Source of the DNA: Parachlamydiales bacterium
GTDB lineage: Bacteria; Chlamydiota; Chlamydiia; Chlamydiales; SM23-39
NCBI GenBank assembly: GCA_050302075.1
Contig: JBNLAH010000001.1
Coordinates: 320,342-384,341, forward strand
Direction of reading: 5' to 3'
Length of the DNA: 64,000 nucleotides
Position 1 is the stretch's first letter. The number at the start of each line of letters is the position of its first letter. The notes beneath the pieces were generated by a model that ran no database searches, was not told the origin of the DNA, and saw only the letters and a list, made by a program, of their open reading frames with translations. The translations under genes and the position numbers were made by a program. Positions 36,765 through 46,898 of the stretch are shown here, in pieces.

Positions 36765-37643
36765 ATGCAACCTAGAAGTTTTGGAACACATGATGGCTCT
36801 TTTCATGCAGATGAAGTTACCGCTTGTGCCTTGCTTTTACTTGAAGATCTTATTGATAAAGATAAAATATCTCGTACTCGCGATCCTAAAATACTAAAAA
36901 AATGTGAATATGTCTGTGATGTTTTTGGCATATATGACCCGAGTATAAAGAGGTTTGACCATCATCAAAATGATTATAAAGGAAACTTAAGCAGCGCCGG
37001 TATGATTTTACTTTATTTAAAAGATAAGCAGTTTATCACGACCGACTTTTATAATTTTTTGAACAACTCTTTAGTAAAGGGGGTGGATGATCATGACAAC
37101 GGAAGAGCTATAATGCAAGAAGGAGTTTGCACTTTTTCTAATTTAGTAAGCAATTTCTTACCGATTGATTATAATTCAAATGCTAAAGATAGGTACTATG
37201 CTTTTTTAGAAGCAGTTGACTTTGCATACAATCATTTAAAACGACTTAGAAATCGTTATTTATACACTCTCGATTGCAGAGATAAGATTAATATAGCAAT
37301 GCAAAAAAATGCTAATTACTTGGAGTTTGAAGAACCTCTTCCTTGGATGGATAACTTTTTTGAACTGGGAGGAGAAAAACACCCAGCATTTTTTGTGCTT
37401 ATGCCGACAGGGGATAATTGGAAATTAAGAGGAATTCCACCTAACAGTAGAGATCGCATGAATGTAAGATTACCTTTGCCTGAGAGCTGGGCTGGTCTTA
37501 GAACTGAAGACTTAAAGAAGGTAACCGGCATTCCAGGTGCAATTTTTTGCCATAAGGGACGTTTTATCTCTATTTGGGAAAATAAAAAAGATGCATTCGC
37601 CGCGATGTTAAAAATTTTTAAGGAAAACAACATAGCTATATGA
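36765..37643 (+). CDS. MYG1 family protein (metal-dependent hydrolase)
   Basis: GTHDGSFHADE, RTRD, FDHHQ, LSSAG, IFCHKGRF. Confidence 0.92.
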   Translation: MQPRSFGTHDGSFHADEVTACALLLLEDLIDKDKISRTRDPKILKKCEYVCDVFGIYDPSIKRFDHHQNDYKGNLSSAGMILLYLKDKQFITTDFYNFLNNSLVKGVDDHDNGRAIMQEGVCTFSNLVSNFLPIDYNSNAKDRYYAFLEAVDFAYNHLKRLRNRYLYTLDCRDKINIAMQKNANYLEFEEPLPWMDNFFELGGEKHPAFFVLMPTGDNWKLRGIPPNSRDRMNVRLPLPESWAGLRTEDLKKVTGIPGAIFCHKGRFISIWENKKDAFAAMLKIFKENNIAI

Positions 37644-37972
37644 GTATTTTTGAAGAAATCATTAAAGGCAAAATAACTGCAGATAAGGTGTATGAGGATG
37701 ATAATATTCTGGCTATTAAAGATATTGCACCAAAAGCACCTGTTCATATTTTAATCATTACCAAAAAACCCTACCGTTCATTGCAAGACATTCCAGATGA
37801 GGAGCTGAGAATAATGCAAGATATTGTAAAGGTTGCTAAAACACTCGCAGAAAAATTTTCTATTCAGGAGGGATATCGATTTATTGCTAATGTTGGCCCT
37901 GATTCTGGTCAAGAGGTAGAGCATCTTCACTTTCATTTAATTGGGGGTAAAAAGCTAGTGGATATGGCATAG
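37640..37972 (+). CDS. HIT family nucleotide-binding protein
   Basis: GQEVEHLHFHLIGG. Confidence 0.93.
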   Translation: MSIFEEIIKGKITADKVYEDDNILAIKDIAPKAPVHILIITKKPYRSLQDIPDEELRIMQDIVKVAKTLAEKFSIQEGYRFIANVGPDSGQEVEHLHFHLIGGKKLVDMA

Positions 37973-38650
37973 GTGTTTAAAAATGTCTGCAATTAGTTTT
38001 TGTCTTTTAACTTGCTGATGTTTTTTTTCGTTGATTGATGGGCATTCTATGTGTACACCACTTAAAAGAACTTTTCCCTTTCCATAATTTTTTAGGATGA
38101 TTGCAGGCATTTTTTTTTCTAAATCGTAAAAAGCTAGAGGTCTATAATCATTGGAACCTTTGAAAGTACATCCGCCATTATAGTAAGCATTCAAAGTTAG
38201 ATTCATCGTTTGAGACTGATAAAAAATTTCAACATTTCTTGCCGTCTTATTATTGTCATAAGAAAAATCAAACCCAAGAACTGGTCCGGTAGCTATAGCA
38301 TCTGTAAATTTTAAATGCCTTTCATCAACTATCTCTAGAGGGGTTCCTTTAGCAAATTCAATATAAGATGAGGCATAATAAGCACCGGCGCAAATACCAA
38401 TATAATTACCACCATTTTTAACAAATTTTTGAATTTGGGCGTTTCTAACTCCCTTCAGTTCTTGGTGATAATAGACGTCTCTTCCACCTGGAATTAAAAT
38501 TGAGTTTGCTGCTTTTATCCATTTCTCATCTAGAATATTGTCAGCGTCAATAAAGCCAATATTAAAAAATGAGCCAAATTCATTTTTAAGATGCGGTAAG
38601 AAAAATTCACTTACTCCTGGACCATTGTAAATGAGAAGTTCTTTTCTCAT
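37955..38650 (-). CDS. stand-alone BPL-N (biotin-protein ligase N-terminal, GATase-like) domain protein
   Basis: IYNGPGVS, IPGGRD, GGNYIGICAGAYYA, YYNGG, LSGVHIE. Confidence 0.85.
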   Translation of the reverse strand: MRKELLIYNGPGVSEFFLPHLKNEFGSFFNIGFIDADNILDEKWIKAANSILIPGGRDVYYHQELKGVRNAQIQKFVKNGGNYIGICAGAYYASSYIEFAKGTPLEIVDERHLKFTDAIATGPVLGFDFSYDNNKTARNVEIFYQSQTMNLTLNAYYNGGCTFKGSNDYRPLAFYDLEKKMPAIILKNYGKGKVLLSGVHIECPSINEKKHQQVKRQKLIADIFKHLCHIH

Positions 38651-38677
38651 TATCCCCTATCAATTATATATAGTTAT

Positions 38678-40411
38678 ATGAAATGTATTATATTTTTTAG
38701 TTTAATTTGTCTAACTTCATGTTATAGCCTTGAATCTCAGGAACAAAATATTTTTGAGAGAGTTCAATCACATTTAGTTATAGGTGATTATTTTGCAGCA
38801 AAAGAAGATGCTGAAAAATTTCTAACAGACCATCCAAATTCTAATAGGGTATTAAAAGAATATATCAGAGCTATCGCTGCCCTTAAAGATGATCAAAAAG
38901 CTCTCAAAGTACTTGATCACTTCAGAAATGCTTACCCAGATGACAGTATTCGAGATCTTATTGAAGACATTGGTTGGTGCATATTGAAAAAAGGAGTACT
39001 GTCAAATCAGTATTCATTAAGGTTGGCTGCTCTAATTGGAGCATATTTGACAAAGGATGCAAAAGCCCTCCCTTTAATTATTGCTGGCCTAGAAGATTCG
39101 CATTGCTTGATACGTTCAATAGCTGTGCAACTATCTTGTGACTTTTCCGATCAGCCCTTAAAAAGAAAAATTTTAAGTCTTTTTGAAAAAGAAAAAATCT
39201 GGCTTGTTCGTTTAGAACTTATAAAAGCAATTGGAAAAATGCGACTAAAGGAAAAAAAAGAAGATCTTTCAAATATACTTGAGGATGAAAGATCTACATA
39301 TGATGAAAAACAAGCTGCAATTCAGTCTCTGATCTCTTTGCATGATGACTTTTCAATTCAAGATATAAAAAAATTAACTCTAAGTCCAAAAGCATACATA
39401 CGTTGTCTAGCTTGTGATATCGCTATTCATTTCCAAAAAAAAGATGCAAAGGATGCTATATTGCAGCTTTTAAGAGACTCTAGATCTGATGTGAAAATTT
39501 CAGCTATTAAAGCTTTGGGCTTTTTATTTATATCAGACTTTTCTAAGAAGCAAGTTTTAGAGATTCTAGGAAATGCCCTCGAAGATCCTGATCCTTTAGT
39601 AAGTATTTCAGCTTCTTGGGTTTTATTATTAAAAAATCATGAAATGGGTATTAAAAGCATAGAAAAATGGATTTTTAGTGATAACAAACGCCACCAAATA
39701 TATGCATCAGCGGCCCTCGCTTCAAGTGGCAGCCAATCAATTGTATATATGAAAAAGTTTATGGATAAAACTAACAACTCCTTTGTAAAAGCAAATTTTG
39801 CTATTAGCCTTTTAGGATTTAATCAAAGTGTAAAAAAAAGTTGCAATGTTTTGTTTGATTTCTTGAAAAACACAAAGGAATATTTGATGTTAGGGCAAAA
39901 TAATAGCCTGCCTTTTCAAGTTTTAGAGCCAAGCAGAATTAGGCATATAGATCAAATCCCAAACTATCCTCAAGCTGTTGACCAGATGACAAAGTTATCC
40001 TTGTTCTCTTTATTGGCTATTAAGGAAGATAGTCGAGCCAAATTTGCTATTCAATCTTATCTTTCTGAGAAAAAATGGGGAATAACAGGAGTTGCTGCTG
40101 CAACTTTACTAAAGGAAGGTGATGAGGATTGCTTAAAAATTATCAGGGATCTTTTGAACGATGACAACCCTAAAATAAGACTTCAAGCATCACTGGTATT
40201 AGCTCTTTACGGCAAAGATGAAGGAGCTGTCCCTCACTTGGAAAAGTCTTACGATGAAGTAGATCATAGCACAAAATTATATATCTTAGAGGCATTAGGT
40301 CACATCGGAAATGAAAAAACATTTCCTTTTTTATTGAATGTGCTGAAAGAGCCGTTCATGATGCGAAGGGTAGTTGCAGCTTCTGCAATCTTGCAATCTT
40401 TATATCATTAA
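38678..40411 (+). CDS. HEAT-repeat lipoprotein
   Basis: Lipobox-like LTSC; repeated L.D....VR..A..AL units. Confidence 0.82.
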   Translation: MKCIIFFSLICLTSCYSLESQEQNIFERVQSHLVIGDYFAAKEDAEKFLTDHPNSNRVLKEYIRAIAALKDDQKALKVLDHFRNAYPDDSIRDLIEDIGWCILKKGVLSNQYSLRLAALIGAYLTKDAKALPLIIAGLEDSHCLIRSIAVQLSCDFSDQPLKRKILSLFEKEKIWLVRLELIKAIGKMRLKEKKEDLSNILEDERSTYDEKQAAIQSLISLHDDFSIQDIKKLTLSPKAYIRCLACDIAIHFQKKDAKDAILQLLRDSRSDVKISAIKALGFLFISDFSKKQVLEILGNALEDPDPLVSISASWVLLLKNHEMGIKSIEKWIFSDNKRHQIYASAALASSGSQSIVYMKKFMDKTNNSFVKANFAISLLGFNQSVKKSCNVLFDFLKNTKEYLMLGQNNSLPFQVLEPSRIRHIDQIPNYPQAVDQMTKLSLFSLLAIKEDSRAKFAIQSYLSEKKWGITGVAAATLLKEGDEDCLKIIRDLLNDDNPKIRLQASLVLALYGKDEGAVPHLEKSYDEVDHSTKLYILEALGHIGNEKTFPFLLNVLKEPFMMRRVVAASAILQSLYH

Positions 40412-40455
40412 ATTATGAAAGTTCTTAAACTTTTCTGAAAAAATAACTCAAAGAA

Positions 40456-41661
40456 ATGACTGAAAAAAATAATAATCTTATCGGTGCTATTTTTCTAGTA
40501 TCAGGAGTTTGCATAGGTGGTGGAATGTTAGCACTGCCAGTCGATACAGCTATAGCCGGTTTTTTCCCATCCTCAATTGCAATGGTTGTTTGCTGGATTT
40601 TTATGACTTTAACAGCTCTTCTATATATTGAAGCAAACTTATGGATGGAGGAGGGGACCCATGTCATGACAATGGCTTCTCGTTTGCTTGGTAAGTTTGG
40701 AAAATATGTTAGTTTGTTTTTGTATCTCTTTATGGCATATGCATCGCTGGTAGCCTATGTTACAGGTGGTGGTAAGTTAATTGAGTTTGTTTTCTTAGAA
40801 TTTTTTAAAACTAACATAAACCATGTTGAGTCATGCATTATTTTTACACTTTTTTTTGGGTCAATTTTATTTTTAGGAACGAAATTACTTGGAAAAATAA
40901 ATGCAATTTTAGTCACTGGAATGATCTTTGCATACTTTGGTTTGTTAGTTTCCGGTATGTCGGGGCTTGATGCAAAACTATTGGTTCGCCAAAATTTTTC
41001 CTCAGTCCTGAGCGCTCTACCTATCTTACTTACTATATTTAGCTTTCAGATGATTGTACCTTCACTGGTTCCATATTTGAATAGAGATCCAAAGCTTTGT
41101 TTTAAAGCAGTAGTTTTCGGAACTTCAATTCCTTTTGTAGCTTATTTACTTTGGCAATTTGTTGTTCTAGGATCAATTCCTTTAGACTCTGAGTTTGGTC
41201 TTATGTTTGCGAAAAAAATGGGAAATCCCGCAACAGAATCCATTCGATATGCAGTTAACAATAACTGGTTATCAACATTCACTGATTTCTTTGCTTTTTT
41301 TGCAATAGCTACATCTTACATCGGTATTTCCCTCGGGCTCTTTGATTTTCTTGCCGATTCATTGAAAATTTCTAAAATTGGTATCAGAAAGGTTGGACTT
41401 ATAATGCTAGTTACAATTCCTTCAGTCTTTTTAGGAATTTTATTCCCAAGGGCATTTATTTTATTCCTTGAGATCACAGGTGGTTTTGGCGATACCATTT
41501 TAAATGGAATCTTGCCAATTATGATGGTTTGGTCAGGTAGGTATTACTTAAAAAAACAAGGAGTATATTCAGTAAAAGGTGGCAAGAAGCTGTTGATAGC
41601 TCTTTTTGCCTTTTCAATTTTGGTGATTTTAGCACAGGTAAAAAATACTTTTCACTGGTGA
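40456..41661 (+). CDS. tyrP: aromatic amino acid permease (TyrP/Mtr family)
   Basis: GAIFLVSGVCIGGGMLALP, IVPSL, ATSYIG. Confidence 0.85.
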   Translation: MTEKNNNLIGAIFLVSGVCIGGGMLALPVDTAIAGFFPSSIAMVVCWIFMTLTALLYIEANLWMEEGTHVMTMASRLLGKFGKYVSLFLYLFMAYASLVAYVTGGGKLIEFVFLEFFKTNINHVESCIIFTLFFGSILFLGTKLLGKINAILVTGMIFAYFGLLVSGMSGLDAKLLVRQNFSSVLSALPILLTIFSFQMIVPSLVPYLNRDPKLCFKAVVFGTSIPFVAYLLWQFVVLGSIPLDSEFGLMFAKKMGNPATESIRYAVNNNWLSTFTDFFAFFAIATSYIGISLGLFDFLADSLKISKIGIRKVGLIMLVTIPSVFLGILFPRAFILFLEITGGFGDTILNGILPIMMVWSGRYYLKKQGVYSVKGGKKLLIALFAFSILVILAQVKNTFHW

Positions 41662-42077
41662 GCTTTCAAGTAGAGATTTAAAGTATCTTTTTTTATTTTA
41701 TTTAGTATTTGTATGAGTCCATTTGATCTATTTGGACTTAAGCTTTTTTGGATATTAAGCTCTCTGATAAAAGTAGGTTCATGTTTTAAAATTTCTGTCG
41801 GCTCAGTTTTATTGTAAACAAAATATAAAATACCACAAATTCCTTTAGATATTAATGCGTCTGAGTCAGCCTCAATTAAAATTTTACCTTCCTTTAAAGA
41901 GGTAAAAATATAAGTTTTACTTTGACATCCATTGACTAAATTTTTTTCTATTTTATTTTCATCATTCATTTTTGGTAAAAGTGATCCAAGTGAAATGATT
42001 TTTTCATACAAACTATTTGGTGATTTACAATCGAAAAAAAGTGTTGATATTTTTTTAATATTTTCTTGCAATGACAT
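41652..42077 (-). CDS. sufE: SufE family Fe-S sulfur acceptor
   Basis: VNGCQS, ADSDALISKG, LSPNRSNG. Confidence 0.92.
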   Translation of the reverse strand: MSLQENIKKISTLFFDCKSPNSLYEKIISLGSLLPKMNDENKIEKNLVNGCQSKTYIFTSLKEGKILIEADSDALISKGICGILYFVYNKTEPTEILKHEPTFIRELNIQKSLSPNRSNGLIQILNKIKKDTLNLYLKAHQ

Positions 42078-42172
42078 ATGAAACTTTTTTATTTTCTATG
42101 ATTTAGATTGACATTTAGCGTGAAATTTTGTTTCATAATAACATTTTCTACCACAATTACAAACAAAAAGAC

Positions 42173-42391
42173 ATGCCGAAAGAAGAAACATTAAAAATTG
42201 ACGGAAAAGTTGAAGAGTTATTGCCTAATATGAGCTTTCGAGTATCCCTAGAGAATGGAATGATGGTGATAGCTCATTTATGCGGAAAGATGAGAATGCG
42301 AAATATCAGGGTTTACGCTGGTGATAAGGTGACAGTCGAGATGTCTCCTTATGACTTGACTAAAGCTAGGATTGTATATCGCCAGAAATAA
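42173..42391 (+). CDS. infA: translation initiation factor IF-1
   Basis: MPKEE...[28 protein letters not shown]; ATG at 42173. Confidence 0.97.
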   Translation: MPKEETLKIDGKVEELLPNMSFRVSLENGMMVIAHLCGKMRMRNIRVYAGDKVTVEMSPYDLTKARIVYRQK

Positions 42392-42465
42392 TATATTTTT
42401 TTTCTAAGAGCTATTGATTTATTTATAATCAGGCTGTTAAGCTATTAAGCTTTTAAAGGGAAAAT

Positions 42466-42537
42466 GCCCGGATAGCTCAGAGGTAGAGCACTTGCATGGT
42501 AAGCAAGGGGTCGTAGGTTCAAGTCCTATTCTGGGCA
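42466..42537 (+). tRNA. tRNA-Thr(GGT)
   Basis: GCCCGGA/TCTGGGC acceptor stem, CTTGC-ATGGTAA-GCAAG anticodon arm, GTTCAAG T-loop. Confidence 0.95.
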
Positions 42538-42585
42538 AAAGAAAAAATTATTAAAATAAAGAGTTGCCTAACGGAGGATTTAACG

Positions 42586-43770
42586 ATGGCAAAAGAAGCA
42601 TTTCAAAGAAAAAAACCCCATATTAATATTGGAACCATTGGACACGTTGACCATGGGAAGACTACATTAACAGCTGCAATTACAAAGGTACTAGCTGAAC
42701 AAGGTGGAGCAGAGTATAGAGATTATAGCTCAATTGATAAGTCACCTGAAGAGAGAAAAAGAGGTATTACGATCAATGCGTCTCACGTTGAGTATGAAAC
42801 ACCAAATAGACACTATGCTCACGTAGACTGTCCAGGGCACGCTGACTATGTAAAAAACATGATCACTGGTGCGGCTCAAATGGACGGAGCTATCTTAGTT
42901 GTAGCTGCAACAGATGGACCGATGCCTCAGACAAAAGAGCACATCTTACTTGCAAAACAAGTTGGTGTACCAAATATCGTTGTATTCCTAAACAAGATGG
43001 ATCAGATCGGAGAAGAAGATAAAGAGTTAGTTGATCTAGTTGAGATGGAACTTTTCGAACTTCTAGAAGAAAAAGGATATAAGGATACAGCAATCGTAAG
43101 AGGATCTGCTTTAAAGGCCTTAGAAGGTGATGCTGAAAATGTTGAGGCTATCAAAAAATTAATGGAAGTAGTTGATGAAAAAATCCCTACTCCAGCACGT
43201 GAAGTTGACAAGCCTTTCTTAATGCCAATTGAAGACGTATTCTCTATTTCAGGTAGAGGAACTGTTGTAACTGGTCGTATTGAAAGAGGTGTCCTAAAAG
43301 TCAACGATAAAGTTCAAATTGTAGGTCTTAAAGATACAAGAGAGACTGTTTGTACTGGAATCGAAATGTTCAATAAGCTTTTAGATGAAGGTCAAGCAGG
43401 TGAGAACGTTGGTGTTCTATTAAGAGGAATTGAAAAGAATGACGTAGAAAGGGGTATGGTTATTGCAGCTCCAGGCACATGTAAACCTCATAAAAAATTC
43501 GTTGGTACAATTTATGTATTAACAAAAGAAGAAGGTGGTAGACATAAGCCTTTCTTTTCTGGATATAGACCTCAATTCTATTTTAGAACTACGGACGTTA
43601 CAGGAACTGTTACTCTTCCAGAAGGAACTGAAATGGTTATGCCAGGTGACAATGTAGAAATTACTGGTGAACTAATTCAACCAGTTGCGATGGAAGAAGG
43701 TATGAGATTTGCTATCAGAGAAGGTGGTAGAACAATCGGAGCTGGTACAATCTCTAAGATCATCGAATAA
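42586..43770 (+). CDS. tuf: elongation factor Tu
   Basis: [28 protein letters not shown]. Confidence 0.99.
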   Translation: MAKEAFQRKKPHINIGTIGHVDHGKTTLTAAITKVLAEQGGAEYRDYSSIDKSPEERKRGITINASHVEYETPNRHYAHVDCPGHADYVKNMITGAAQMDGAILVVAATDGPMPQTKEHILLAKQVGVPNIVVFLNKMDQIGEEDKELVDLVEMELFELLEEKGYKDTAIVRGSALKALEGDAENVEAIKKLMEVVDEKIPTPAREVDKPFLMPIEDVFSISGRGTVVTGRIERGVLKVNDKVQIVGLKDTRETVCTGIEMFNKLLDEGQAGENVGVLLRGIEKNDVERGMVIAAPGTCKPHKKFVGTIYVLTKEEGGRHKPFFSGYRPQFYFRTTDVTGTVTLPEGTEMVMPGDNVEITGELIQPVAMEEGMRFAIREGGRTIGAGTISKIIE

Positions 43771-43804
43771 CATTGTTTTTTGGCCTTTTTGAAAAAGGCC
43801 AAAG

Positions 43805-43878
43805 GGGTGTGTAGCTCAGTTTGGTAGAGCAGCGGTCTCCAAAGCCGCCGGTCGGGGGTTCGAGTCCCTCCGCACTCG
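43805..43878 (+). tRNA. tRNA-Trp(CCA)
   Basis: GGGTGTG/CGCACTC acceptor stem, GCGGT-CTCCAAA-GCCGC anticodon arm, GTTCGAG T-loop; canonical position before secE. Confidence 0.95.
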
Positions 43879-43896
43879 ATGAAAAAAGGTAAAAAA

Positions 43897-44145
43897 ATGC
43901 AAAGCAAGGTTGAATTGAAAGGTAATTCATTTCAAAAAAGTAAAAAGAAAAAGAGTTTTTTCTTGCGTGAAGTTCAAGAAGAATTAAAGAAAATTAACTG
44001 GACTACAAAAGAAGAACTGAAAACCTGCACCAAGATAGTCATTGGGGCAACGTTCTTACTTGGAATAGGGATTTATTTTTCAGATCTATTTATTCAGCGC
44101 ACGCTTCAACTTATATCTTCTATATCAAAGTTTATAGGAGGTTAG
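43897..44145 (+). CDS. secE: preprotein translocase subunit SecE
   Basis: ELKKINWTT motif plus one TM segment; synteny. Confidence 0.93.
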   Translation: MQSKVELKGNSFQKSKKKKSFFLREVQEELKKINWTTKEELKTCTKIVIGATFLLGIGIYFSDLFIQRTLQLISSISKFIGG

Positions 44146-44146
44146 G

Positions 44147-44692
44147 ATGAACAAGTGGTATGTTTTACAAGTTTTATCTGGCCAAGAAGGAAAAGTTAAA
44201 AAGTCTTTAGAGGAATTTTTAGAAGCAAAGGGTATGAATGATTTTATTGAAGAGATTATTGTACCTTCAGAAAAAGTTTCAGAAGTTAAGCGTGGGGAGC
44301 AAAAAGTTACAGATAAAAAATTATGGCCTGGATACATCTTGATAAAGATGAATTTAACTGATGAATCTTGGGCTTATGTTAAAAATACCCCAGGGATTAT
44401 TGACTTTTTAGGTGGTTCTGTTCCAACACCACTATCTGATAAAGAAGTTCAAGAAATTCAACAAGACCTAGAAGAGAAGAAAAAGGGAGTTGTTCACAAA
44501 CATAAATTTGAAGTTGGTGACAAGGTCAAAATTACTGATGGAGTATTTGTCAATTTTACAGGGACTGTCACAGAAGTGTTCCATGAAAAAGGGAGAATGA
44601 GTGTGTTGGTTTCAATTTTCGGAAGAGATACGAGAGTAGACGATTTAGAATTTTGGCAAGTTGAACAAGTAACAAATGAAATGGATGTATAA
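44147..44692 (+). CDS. nusG: transcription factor NusG
   Basis: KWYVLQV, PGYILI, KOW domain, SIFGRDT. Confidence 0.97.
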   Translation: MNKWYVLQVLSGQEGKVKKSLEEFLEAKGMNDFIEEIIVPSEKVSEVKRGEQKVTDKKLWPGYILIKMNLTDESWAYVKNTPGIIDFLGGSVPTPLSDKEVQEIQQDLEEKKKGVVHKHKFEVGDKVKITDGVFVNFTGTVTEVFHEKGRMSVLVSIFGRDTRVDDLEFWQVEQVTNEMDV

Positions 44693-44703
44693 GAGGGAAA
44701 TCA

Positions 44704-45138
44704 ATGGCGAAGAAAAAAGTCGTTAAAATTATCAAGTTACAAATTCCTGCGGGAAAAGCTAACCCAGCACCGCCAATTGGGCCGGCATTGGGTGCTGCAG
44801 GTGTTAATATTATGGCATTTTGCAAAGAATTCAATGCAAAAACACAAGAGTTTGCAGGTGATGTATTCCCTGTTGAGATAACAGTTTATCAAGACAAGAG
44901 TTTTACTTTTATAACAAAACAGCCTCCAATGGCAAAGTTAATTTTAAAAGAGTTAAAAATAGAGTCAGGTTCCGGAGTTCCAAATAGAGACAAAGTTGGT
45001 AAACTGACTGAAGCTCAAGTTGAAAAGATAGTTGAGAAAAAAATGCCTGATTTAAGAGTTGCTTCAAAAGAAGCTGCAAAAAAAATAGTTGCAGGAACCG
45101 CACGTTCTATGGGTGTCGACATTGTGGAGGGATCATAA
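44704..45138 (+). CDS. rplK: 50S ribosomal protein L11
   Basis: [22 protein letters not shown]. Confidence 0.99.
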   Translation: MAKKKVVKIIKLQIPAGKANPAPPIGPALGAAGVNIMAFCKEFNAKTQEFAGDVFPVEITVYQDKSFTFITKQPPMAKLILKELKIESGSGVPNRDKVGKLTEAQVEKIVEKKMPDLRVASKEAAKKIVAGTARSMGVDIVEGS

Positions 45139-45830
45139 TGGCTAAAAAGTCAAAACGTATCAAAACTTACGAAAAAGAAATTGATACAGGAAAGAGTTAT
45201 AAATTAGATGAGGCAATTGACATTTTAAAAAAATGTGTGCCAGTTAAGTTTGACCAGTCTGTGGAAATATCAATGAAAATGGGAGTAGACCCAAGAAAAT
45301 CTGACCAGCAAGTTAGAGGTACAGTATCACTTCCGCATGGAACAGGTAAGAAAATTAAAGTTTTAGTTTTTGCAAAAGGCGAAAAAGCTTCAGATGCAAT
45401 CGAAGCTGGAGCAGATTTTGCTGGAGATGATGAATTAGTTGAAAAAGTCAAAGGTGGATGGACAGACTTTGATGCAGTTGTAGCAACTCCTGATATGATG
45501 AGAGAAGTTGGTAAATTGGGTAAAGTTTTAGGTCCACGCGGATTAATGCCATCACCAAAAGCTGGGACTGTAACTACAGATGTAAAAAAAGCTGTGTCAG
45601 AATTAAAAGCTGGTAAAATAGAATTTAAAGTAGACAAAAATTCAGTGATTAACAATTTAGTGGGAAAAATTTCTTTTTCTGCAGATAAAATTGTCGAAAA
45701 CATTCATACTGTTTTACAAGCAATTAATAGAGCAAAGCCATCAAGCGCAAAAGGTTCATATATTCGTTCTTTTAGCTTGTCATCAACTATGGGTCCTGGC
45801 CTAAAAATTGATGTTAATTCAGTTATTTAA
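45138..45830 (+). CDS. rplA: 50S ribosomal protein L1
   Basis: [21 protein letters not shown]. Confidence 0.99.
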   Translation: MAKKSKRIKTYEKEIDTGKSYKLDEAIDILKKCVPVKFDQSVEISMKMGVDPRKSDQQVRGTVSLPHGTGKKIKVLVFAKGEKASDAIEAGADFAGDDELVEKVKGGWTDFDAVVATPDMMREVGKLGKVLGPRGLMPSPKAGTVTTDVKKAVSELKAGKIEFKVDKNSVINNLVGKISFSADKIVENIHTVLQAINRAKPSSAKGSYIRSFSLSSTMGPGLKIDVNSVI

Positions 45831-45844
45831 AATGGGAAAGTTCA

Positions 45845-46360
45845 ATGCGTGCTGAAAAACAATTTTTGTTAGATGAAATCAAAGAAAAAATTAAATCATC
45901 CAATGCGATGATCGTAACAAACTATAAATCAGTTACACCGAATAAAGCTTGGGATTTTCGTCATAAGCTTCGCGAAATGGAAAGTTCGTTTGAAGTTGTT
46001 AAGAAAAGAATTTTTTTGAAAGCCACACAAGAATGTGGTTTAGAAGTAAATTTAGACCAGTTAGATGGACACATCGGTGTAATTTTTACAAAAGATGATA
46101 CTGTAGGTCCGGCAAAGCAAATTTTTACTTTTAATAAGGAAAATGGTGCTGAAATTAGCGTACTATATGGTGTTTTAGAAGGTAAAAAATATTCTGCAGA
46201 AGATATTGAAGCCTTGTCTAAACTTCCAAATATGCCTGAAATGCGAGCTCAATTCCTAGGATTATTGGAAGCCCCAATGTCTCAAACTTTATCAGTAATG
46301 CAAAGCCTACTTACAAGTGTGATTTACTGTTTAGATAATAAAGCTAAACAAGCAAGTTAA
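45845..46360 (+). CDS. rplJ: 50S ribosomal protein L10
   Basis: Synteny, VVKKRI, LSKLP. Confidence 0.95.
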   Translation: MRAEKQFLLDEIKEKIKSSNAMIVTNYKSVTPNKAWDFRHKLREMESSFEVVKKRIFLKATQECGLEVNLDQLDGHIGVIFTKDDTVGPAKQIFTFNKENGAEISVLYGVLEGKKYSAEDIEALSKLPNMPEMRAQFLGLLEAPMSQTLSVMQSLLTSVIYCLDNKAKQAS

Positions 46361-46386
46361 TTTAAAATAATCGTGAGGGTATAACC

Positions 46387-46776
46387 GTGAGTAAAAATCT
46401 TGATGATCTTGTTGAAGATTTAAGTGCACTAACTGTTTTAGAAATGTCAGATCTTAAGAAAAAGTTAGAAGAAAAATGGGGAGTTCAAGCAGCGGCAGCA
46501 GCAGCTGTAGTAGCAGCTCCTGCAGCAGGTGGGGAAGCTCAAGCTGCTGAAGAATCTACTGACTTTATGGTTACTTTAGAATCAGCTCCAGCTGACAAGA
46601 AAATTGCTATTATTAAAGTAGTTAGAGAAATTACAGGACTTGGCTTAAAAGAAGCTAAAGAGCTTGTCGAGTCTGCTCCAAAAGCACTAAAAGAAAGTTC
46701 ACCAAAAGCAGAAGCTGAAGAGATTAAAAAGAAAATCGAAACAGCAGGTGGTAAAGTTTCTTTGAAAGGACTGTAA
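46387..46776 (+). CDS. rplL: 50S ribosomal protein L7/L12
   Basis: Ala-rich hinge, [15 protein letters not shown]. Confidence 0.98.
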   Translation: MSKNLDDLVEDLSALTVLEMSDLKKKLEEKWGVQAAAAAAVVAAPAAGGEAQAAEESTDFMVTLESAPADKKIAIIKVVREITGLGLKEAKELVESAPKALKESSPKAEAEEIKKKIETAGGKVSLKGL

Positions 46777-46898
46777 TATTTACAGTATTTCTAAATAGCA
46801 GGGGGGAATAATTTCCCCCAAATATTATAAGTATTTGATGTTAAACGCATATTGCGCTATTTTTATAATTTTGTTGAATCTCATAGGAGCAAAAAACA

